Part shown: piece by piece, positions 58,260-64,000 of the stretch
Layout: each line of letters begins with the position of its first letter
Position numbering within the stretch: the stretch's first letter is position 1
Origin: a virus
DNA: 64,000 bases
IMG/VR virus record: IMGVR_UViG_3300050821_022567
Span: 5,764 to 69,763 of that record
Direction: 5' to 3' (one strand)
The notes under the pieces: generated by a model
What the model was told of the DNA's origin: nothing
The model's database searches: none
What the model saw: only the letters and a program-made list of their open reading frames with translations
Translations under genes and position numbers: made by a program

Positions 58260-58673
58260 TCATCGGCCAACCTCCGCGCGCAGGAACCCTCGGTGTCCGT
58301 GCCGGTCCTGCGCCATGTGAGCCCGCAGCCCGTAGAGCGTCATGATGGGACGGCACAAGCCAATCGCGACGCAGCGCCCGCAGAAGTACGGCCCAGTGCG
58401 CTTTGGCGAGAACCGGCTGCGCCGCGAATGCCCGCGGCGCGGCTTCCCCATGACCGAGCGGATGATCTGCTCGTCGAGGTACTTGAGGAAGTCCCGGAGC
58501 TCGTCGGTCATCGAAATCTTCGTCTCGAAGGAGTAAGAACCCACGGTGGACTCGACGACCCATTCGGGCTCGGAGGTCTTCGGCACCTGCTCGTAGGTGG
58601 CCGTGCCGTCCTTGAAGACGACCTCGTGATCGCCGATGAACAGGCGCGCCTTGCTGAGATCGATCGTGGTCAC
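58260..58673 (-). CDS. Hypothetical protein with C2H2-like finger
   Basis: YFCGRC..LRAHMAQDRH. Confidence 0.5.
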   Translation of the reverse strand: MTTIDLSKARLFIGDHEVVFKDGTATYEQVPKTSEPEWVVESTVGSYSFETKISMTDELRDFLKYLDEQIIRSVMGKPRRGHSRRSRFSPKRTGPYFCGRCVAIGLCRPIMTLYGLRAHMAQDRHGHRGFLRAEVGR

Positions 58674-59318
58674 GAAGCACCTTTCGGCTTTCTCCCGACT
58701 TGCTCTCCCAGAAACTCCCCTGTCGCCGAGAACCGCTTGTCACCCGGCCCGTACGGCACCGGGTCGCCTTCCGGAGTAGAGAAGCCCCGGATCACGACCG
58801 TGGCGGTGCCAGGCACCGGCTGCTCCACGTGCTTGCCGGCCGCCGTCGGCGTCCCGAGCCTGGGGTCCACGTGCTTCAGCGGGTCGTGCCCCCGGTCCTC
58901 CTCCACCCCGCAGTACGGGCACGGGAGAAGCTGGTAGAACGGCGCTCCCGCGCGGAGGTCCTCCACGGGAGCGGAACCGAACGAGAGTCGGCGCGCCAGC
59001 ATCCGATCGTCAGGGTCTACCCAGTATCGAACGCCTCCGACGGACAGAACGAAACATGCGATGGCCGTCACGACGCCCTCTTGAGCGGGATGACCTCGCC
59101 GACCGCCTCGGTGTCTTCCGTGAGGACGCCCGGCTCCTCCCCGTCGTCCGGGTCGTCGTCGGGCGGGTCCCCCCAGAGAGACTCGACCTCGTCTTCGAGC
59201 TCGGCGACGCGCGCGGCCATCGCCTCGAGCGCGGCGACCGTGTCGCGGTGGGCGCGGTAGTTAGCCCAGAGGCCGAGCAGGATGGCGAGATTGAAGGCGA
59301 AGTCGCAGAGAAAGGCGA

Positions 59319-60137
59319 TCACGTCGCCACCTCCCTTCGTCGGTGCGGGTGGCTGAAGCCGCAGGAGCCGTCGCAGGCGTCGGCGTCCGCCGGCGGGGCC
59401 GCCGCCAAGCATCCCGGGCACCGGAGCCAGCCCTTCCCCTCGCAGGTCTGGCACGTGTCGGTCGGTTCCTCGGGGTCGGCGCATGGGCAGGAATCGTCCC
59501 CGCAGTCGTGGAAGCCTCCCGACCCGCCGCAATCCCAGCAGGTCGTCGAGCCGTTCCCGTCGCAGGTGCACGGCGGGTCTGGCGCGGCGCCGGCGGGGAC
59601 CTCGGCTCCCGCGATCTCGACCACGCCCTCCGACGCAAGCCGGGCGACGGCGAGCCCGCTCTGCTCGTTGATGGCGGCGACGACGTCCTTCGCGCCGAGT
59701 GGACCGTCGGGAAGGAGCACGGGCGGCTCGTGGGGGGATACGGAGACCGAGCGTGCCATCACCTCGGCGAAGCGGCGCTCGCGGGCCGCATCCTTCGAGT
59801 AGCCCGCCGGGGAGCTGATGAGCGCGTTCGGCACGTAGATGTCCGGGGTCGCCGGGGGCACCGCCGCGAAGCCCTTCCGGCGTTGGACGACCGTCGCGTC
59901 CGGATCCACGTAGGCGAGGATGGCGGCGATGCGACGCTGCTGGTCGGCCGGCTCCCCTCCCACCGGGACCCAGTCCCAGACGGGCTTCCGTCCGCGGACG
60001 ATGACCCCGATGACCGTTCCGGCCGTGTTGCGCTCGGCCGCCTGCCTTCGAACGCAAAGCTCGCCGCGGACCGTGCGGAGGTCGCCCGCCTTCGGCTCCG
60101 GACGTGCCCGGTTCAGTGAGAACGAGGGGCGGGTCAC
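59319..60137 (-). CDS. Protein with DnaJ-type CxxCxGxG Zn-finger repeats
   Basis: CWDCGGSG, CQTCEGKG, CPGC; GTG overlaps the integrase stop. Confidence 0.6.
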   Translation of the reverse strand: MTRPSFSLNRARPEPKAGDLRTVRGELCVRRQAAERNTAGTVIGVIVRGRKPVWDWVPVGGEPADQQRRIAAILAYVDPDATVVQRRKGFAAVPPATPDIYVPNALISSPAGYSKDAARERRFAEVMARSVSVSPHEPPVLLPDGPLGAKDVVAAINEQSGLAVARLASEGVVEIAGAEVPAGAAPDPPCTCDGNGSTTCWDCGGSGGFHDCGDDSCPCADPEEPTDTCQTCEGKGWLRCPGCLAAAPPADADACDGSCGFSHPHRRREVAT

Positions 60138-61717
60138 GAGGCGCCTCCGGCCGCCCATTCGGAGGCGAGATGGAGGACCGCGGCGCGCGCGGGGAGCCCC
60201 CGACCTAGGACACCGAACGCCCCCTCGAGCCAGCTCCCGGACCCAACGAAGAGCCCTCGGGGACCGACCAGAAGACCTCGCGATCCGTTTCCGAACAGTG
60301 TGCAGGAATCCTGCTGACTGGTGCCGACTTCTGCAGACTTCTGCAGAGACGCACTTTCACCCTCACCCTTGTTTGTCCGTGGATCGTGAGTAAACGACGG
60401 ATTCAGGTTCCAGCGGGGTAACTCCTGTACGGGTTCAACTCCCGTCCTTCGCACCGCAACCGCCTCGACCTGTTCACTTACTGTGCGGGAAACGTCCGCA
60501 ATCGTTGAGCTTTCGATCGCTTCAATCCGCTCAGGCGGCCCCTCGTTCGAGGGGCCGGGGGCGGGTGGCAGCGCGAGCGGTTTCGGCGTCGGCGGGAGCG
60601 GCCTGGCGTTGACCCACTGCTCGGCCTGGCGGCCGCTGGCGTGGACGTACTTGTTCGTGGTCGTCACCTGCTTGTGACCGTGGAGGAAGGCGACCGCGGT
60701 GAGGGGGGCGCCGGCGTCGATCAGGTGAGTCCCGCGGGCGTGCCGGAAGTCGTAGGGAGCAACCCGGAGATCGATGCCCGCCTTCTCGCACGCCTTGGTG
60801 ATCGCGACCCGGTAGTCGTGCTTCCCGAAGATGAGCCCGTCGGACCGAGAGTGCGGAAGGTGCTCGAGCTCCTCGGCAGCGATGGCAGAGATCGGCACCT
60901 TGCGACCGAAGCGGTTCTTGTCGATCTCGTCCCGGATGACGAACGACATCTGCCCCGCGGCGTCCGTCTCGAGATCCGTCCAGAGCGCCTCGTCGAGCGT
61001 CGCCGGACGGAGCCCTGTTTCGTAGGCGACCAGGAAGCGGGCCCGGATGGGGAAGTGGCGCCCCTTCGTCGTCCGTTCGCTGAGGATGGGAAGCGCGGCG
61101 ATGAAGCTCTCGACCTGCGCCGGCGTCAGCTCGTTCGCTTTCTCGCGCTGCGCACCGGCGCGCTTTCCCTTCGCCTTCGCGGGGAAGAGCGACTTCGCCT
61201 TCAACTCCACCCATGCGGGGAGCTCGGTGAAGACCTGCTCGTCGCGGCACCACGTGAGAAAGCCGCGGAGCGCGGAGAGCTCCTTCAAGATGCTGCCTTT
61301 GAGCACGATCTTCAGCCGTCGGTTGATGTACGCGCGGACGCGCCCGAGGTCGGCGAGCTCGGTGAGATCTTCGAAGCCGGACAGAAAGTGCGTCCGGACG
61401 TACCCCTCGTACGTGCTTGCGGTGGTCCGATCGAGAACGCCGTCCAAGCTCGCGAGCCATCGCGTGAAGAGATCGGCGATCGGCTCGCGGGAGAGCGCTA
61501 CGCGGTTGGCCTTCGGCGCTCCCCTTTGGATGACGTCGGAGTAGAGGCGCGAGCACGAGGCGTCAGCCTTTCGCGGATCTTTTTCTCCAGTGGAGAGAAG
61601 GTACGGCGTGCTCTTGTAGGTGAATCGGACGTAGGCGACAGCTCCGTCCTCCCATCGCTTGCTGTATCGTGTGCCGACTCTCCAGACGAGTTTCCAGCCT
61701 TCCGCGCGCCTGCCCAT
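60134..61717 (-). CDS. int: Tyrosine integrase whose C-terminal extension spans attP
   Basis: Catalytic set TGLRP, DKNR, YDFRH, LHGH, TTNKY; GGAGG RBS. Confidence 0.93.
   Translation of the reverse strand: MGRRAEGWKLVWRVGTRYSKRWEDGAVAYVRFTYKSTPYLLSTGEKDPRKADASCSRLYSDVIQRGAPKANRVALSREPIADLFTRWLASLDGVLDRTTASTYEGYVRTHFLSGFEDLTELADLGRVRAYINRRLKIVLKGSILKELSALRGFLTWCRDEQVFTELPAWVELKAKSLFPAKAKGKRAGAQREKANELTPAQVESFIAALPILSERTTKGRHFPIRARFLVAYETGLRPATLDEALWTDLETDAAGQMSFVIRDEIDKNRFGRKVPISAIAAEELEHLPHSRSDGLIFGKHDYRVAITKACEKAGIDLRVAPYDFRHARGTHLIDAGAPLTAVAFLHGHKQVTTTNKYVHASGRQAEQWVNARPLPPTPKPLALPPAPGPSNEGPPERIEAIESSTIADVSRTVSEQVEAVAVRRTGVEPVQELPRWNLNPSFTHDPRTNKGEGESASLQKSAEVGTSQQDSCTLFGNGSRGLLVGPRGLFVGSGSWLEGAFGVLGRGLPARAAVLHLASEWAAGGAS
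60326..60345. repeat. Tandem GACTTCTGCA x2 next to attP (candidate Xis or arm site)
   Basis: Exact 10-bp tandem repeat about 55 bp from the core. Confidence 0.5.
60399..60455 (+). mobile_element. attP core: 3' half of tRNA-Leu(CAG), not a complete tRNA
   Basis: GGATTCAGGTTCC anticodon arm, long variable arm, GGTTCAACTCC T-loop, CCTTCGCACC acceptor 3' strand; no matching 5' acceptor strand or D-arm upstream. Confidence 0.88.
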
Positions 61718-61875
61718 GCCCGTACCTCCTCCAAGTCGAACAGCACACGACCCCCGATGTGCACCGGGGTCAACTCTCTCCGCACGTGGCGGTCGATCGT
61801 CGAGACGGAAACGCTAAGAAGCTCGGCGGCCTCTTCGCGGGAGACGAAGATTCGTTCGATGGGGGCCGCGCTCAT
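61498..61875 (-). CDS. xis: Excisionase (HTH_17) overlapping the int 5' end
   Basis: VSREEAAELLSVSVSTIDRHV..VHIGGRVLFDLEEVRAW; immediately upstream of int. Confidence 0.78.
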   Translation of the reverse strand: MSAAPIERIFVSREEAAELLSVSVSTIDRHVRRELTPVHIGGRVLFDLEEVRAWAGARKAGNSSGESAHDTASDGRTELSPTSDSPTRARRTFSPLEKKIRERLTPRARASTPTSSKGERRRPTA

Positions 61876-62342
61876 TCCGACTTCCCAAGTTGGATTGGGA
61901 GGGATCGCACGAAGGCTTCCAATTCGCCGCGAAGGTGGAACCACTCCGAATTCGGCATGATCCGAAGCGCGTGGAAGCGCGCGTGCAGCGCGCGCTCTTC
62001 GCGCATGGTCCCGACGATGACCGCAACGATTCGCAGCGGGAACGGTGACGACGTCTGCAGGCTCATCAGCCGGTCGCGCGCGTCTCGCGCGGTCCAGCCA
62101 AGTTTCACGCGCGACGCACCGATGGCCTCGATCACGTAGATGAAGCCCGGCCGGTCCCGCTGCCCCATCGGCAGCCTGGCATCCAGAGACGCCACGAAGC
62201 GTGCGTGGTCTCGCCAGAAGACATCCTCCGGCGTACCAACCGGCGGCGGATCTGCACCGAGCTCCGAGAGCGTCTCGGACAATATCCGTTCCTGGTTCGG
62301 GGTGAGGACGATGCGTTTCGGGTTGAAGTCTTCGTCGTTCAC
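61872..62342 (-). CDS. GIY-YIG (T5orf172-like) nuclease
   Basis: GFIYVI..VKLGWT..RL.SLQTSSP..ERALHARF..SEWF. Confidence 0.85.
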   Translation of the reverse strand: MNDEDFNPKRIVLTPNQERILSETLSELGADPPPVGTPEDVFWRDHARFVASLDARLPMGQRDRPGFIYVIEAIGASRVKLGWTARDARDRLMSLQTSSPFPLRIVAVIVGTMREERALHARFHALRIMPNSEWFHLRGELEAFVRSLPIQLGKSE

Positions 62343-62566
62343 GCCGCCCTCCCCGCCCCGTCGATCGCCTTCTCGAGCCGTTCGGCCGTCGCCATTCGGA
62401 AGGTCGCCCCCTCCGTCATCGCGGTCTGAATCGTCTCGGGCCCGATGTGGAGTTCCTTCGCGATGGCGTCGACGGAGGTCCGCTGGGCGACGAGCTCGCG
62501 CAGCTTCATCCGGTGGCTCGCCGAGATGCCGCGGACGTTGATGAGTCTTACCGCGCGCCCGCGCAT
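62339..62566 (-). CDS. Small Cro-like HTH protein
   Basis: SVDAIAKELHIGPETIQ..TAERLE. Confidence 0.55.
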   Translation of the reverse strand: MRGRAVRLINVRGISASHRMKLRELVAQRTSVDAIAKELHIGPETIQTAMTEGATFRMATAERLEKAIDGAGRAA

Positions 62567-62828
62567 TACTTCTTCCCCTTCAACTGGGCGACGAGCGCCT
62601 CGACGTGCGAGTGCCTGCGGGGGTTCGAACAGCCGCGGACGCCGCAACCGCCGATGGGTTGAGCCGTTCGAATCACCTCGGGCGGACAAGCCGGCGTGGG
62701 CTCGCGCTCCACCGGCTGGGCACCGACAGCTTCGCTCGTCGTCTTCGACTTTCGCCAGGCGTTCCGCAGCAGCATGCCCACCAGGGCGAGATAGACGCCG
62801 AGGACGAGGCCGATGAGCAAGAAGGCCA

Positions 62829-63152
62829 TCACTCGACCTCCGCAACGTGGACGCGAAGCACCTTCCCGTTCGGGAGCGCCATGTAGACGCACGCGTTCAC
62901 GGTGGGGACGGGGAACTCTCCGCGCTTGTGGAGGCCGGCGACGTTCTGAAGGAAGGTCTCGATCTCGCGCGACGGCGCCGCAAGCACCGGGAAGAAGACG
63001 GCCGTCTCCGGGTGCTGGTGCCGGAAGCGCGCGGAGTCCTCGAGCACCCGCCGGCGGTGCGCGATCCAGTCGGACGTCGACTGACCCTCCGCCTCCGGCG
63101 CGAGGCGGAAGTCGAGGAGCTCCGGGACGGGCTTCGCTCCCTCGCCGTTCAT
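62829..63152 (-). CDS. Hypothetical protein
   Basis: ATGA-coupled ORF. Confidence 0.55.
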   Translation of the reverse strand: MNGEGAKPVPELLDFRLAPEAEGQSTSDWIAHRRRVLEDSARFRHQHPETAVFFPVLAAPSREIETFLQNVAGLHKRGEFPVPTVNACVYMALPNGKVLRVHVAEVE

Positions 63153-63438
63153 AGCGCCGCGTAGCCCTCGAGGTCCTCGATCATCAGCGCGAGGGTCTGC
63201 CGGATCTCTTGGTGACGCTGCGAGACCTGCCCCGCCTGCGCGGGCGAGTCCATGTAGAGGACGTAGACCTCCCGCGCGAGGCGCTGCATCTCCCGGAGCT
63301 GCGGGAGCGAGGCCTTCGCGAAGTCGGAGAGGGACTTCTTCCTCGCCAGCATCTCCTCCTGCGTCGGCGGCCGGTGCATCCCGAACATCATCTGGATCGG
63401 GTGCGGCATCTGCGGTTGCTGCTCTTCGTTCTCGTCGC

Positions 63439-63993
63439 TCATGTGATGTCCTTTCCCCCGTTCGCTTTCACGGCGTCTTGGTGCCGCCGGCCTCGCCGGT
63501 GCACTTCGTAGGGCACGTCCCCGACCGCCCGTACAATCGCGACCGCCCGACGAATGGCGTCGTGGCGCGCCGCGCGCTCGACCTTTCCGCCGTGCTCGTT
63601 CTTCCACGCAAGCTCGGCGGCGCGGGTTCGCCGTTGCCTCGGCGTGTTCGTGGGGCCGATGACCTCGAGCTTGCCTTGTTCGGCCGGCATGATGTGGGCG
63701 ACCGAATTGCCACGCAGCGACTCGATCGCCTCCTCGAGCTCGTTCGGGCCCAAGGCTTTGTCGCTCGACCAAACCATGAGCGGGTGCTCTTCCTTCTCGC
63801 GCGCGATCCGGGCCTTCTTGGAGAAGCGCGGCGGCTTCGTGTCCGTGACCCGGTTGATGATCGCCTGCACTCGGGGGTCGGTGACGAAGATCGTCTGGGC
63901 GAGCAACCGCAGGTCGAAGGCCCAGTGACGCTTGAAGACGGCCGCCATCGGCGCCGGCGGGTCATCGTTGCGGATCGGCCCCATTCGGGACAC
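63439..63993 (-). CDS. Hypothetical protein (start may lie at the window edge)
   Basis: High-GC3 ORF in the operon orientation. Confidence 0.5.
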   Translation of the reverse strand: MSRMGPIRNDDPPAPMAAVFKRHWAFDLRLLAQTIFVTDPRVQAIINRVTDTKPPRFSKKARIAREKEEHPLMVWSSDKALGPNELEEAIESLRGNSVAHIMPAEQGKLEVIGPTNTPRQRRTRAAELAWKNEHGGKVERAARHDAIRRAVAIVRAVGDVPYEVHRRGRRHQDAVKANGGKDIT

Positions 63994-64000
63994 GAAGCCC

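Noticed and set aside
43500-60140. Many proteins ending in -AS/-AA (GGAS, KRAS, KAAS, KVAS) as ssrA-like degradation tags
   Set aside because: Explained by the next gene's RBS and GTGA/ATGA overlap (GGAGGCGxCGTGA) constraining the last codons
60370-60460. Complete phage tRNA-Leu gene
   Set aside because: No 5' acceptor strand (GCGAAGG expected) or D-arm upstream; only the anticodon-to-3' half is present, as expected for attP
1-64000. CRISPR array or cas genes
   Set aside because: No regularly spaced 25-40 bp repeats with unique spacers were seen, and no Cas motifs; this was a scan by eye only
1-64000. Diversity-generating retroelement or retron
   Set aside because: No reverse transcriptase (YxDD) ORF and no TR/VR repeat pair were found in this window

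Overview
The whole window is the genome of a very GC-rich (roughly 70% by eye) temperate, tailed dsDNA phage; no host housekeeping genes are visible. (1) 129-8419, minus strand: start of the Mu-type head module, in the order terS, terL, DUF935 portal, a predicted lipoprotein, and a 1077-aa prohead protease/scaffold with ParB-like, Nudix and DUF6582-like domains fused to its N-terminus. (2) 8556-19895: an oppositely oriented block with two homologous sigma70-like promoters. It includes a lower-GC SF2 helicase operon with several excisionase-like and integrase arm-binding-like proteins, plus a DUF5131 gene. (3) 19892-64000, minus strand: a long, mostly translationally coupled early/replication region. 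It encodes a multi-HTH/sigma-region-4 regulator, an ARC/Mpa-like AAA+ ATPase, a Tad2/DUF2829 protein, GroES, a VRR-NUC nuclease, DnaB, a replication initiator with iterons, two adenine methyltransferases, DUF1643, ASCH, SSB, a SET-domain protein, several free-standing endonucleases, a tyrosine integrase and an excisionase. The 3' half of a tRNA-Leu(CAG) lies inside the integrase gene with phage genes on both sides, so this is an intact attP (non-integrated form). Host is inferred to be Myxococcota, probably Polyangiaceae-like, from two lineage-typical DNA-binding proteins and the Mx8-like attP-in-int layout. All family calls come from motif recognition by eye; no database searches were run. 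Best candidates for undescribed biology: the enzyme-loaded prohead protease polyprotein, the helicase plus Xis/Arm-domain operon, and attP splitting a coupled early operon.
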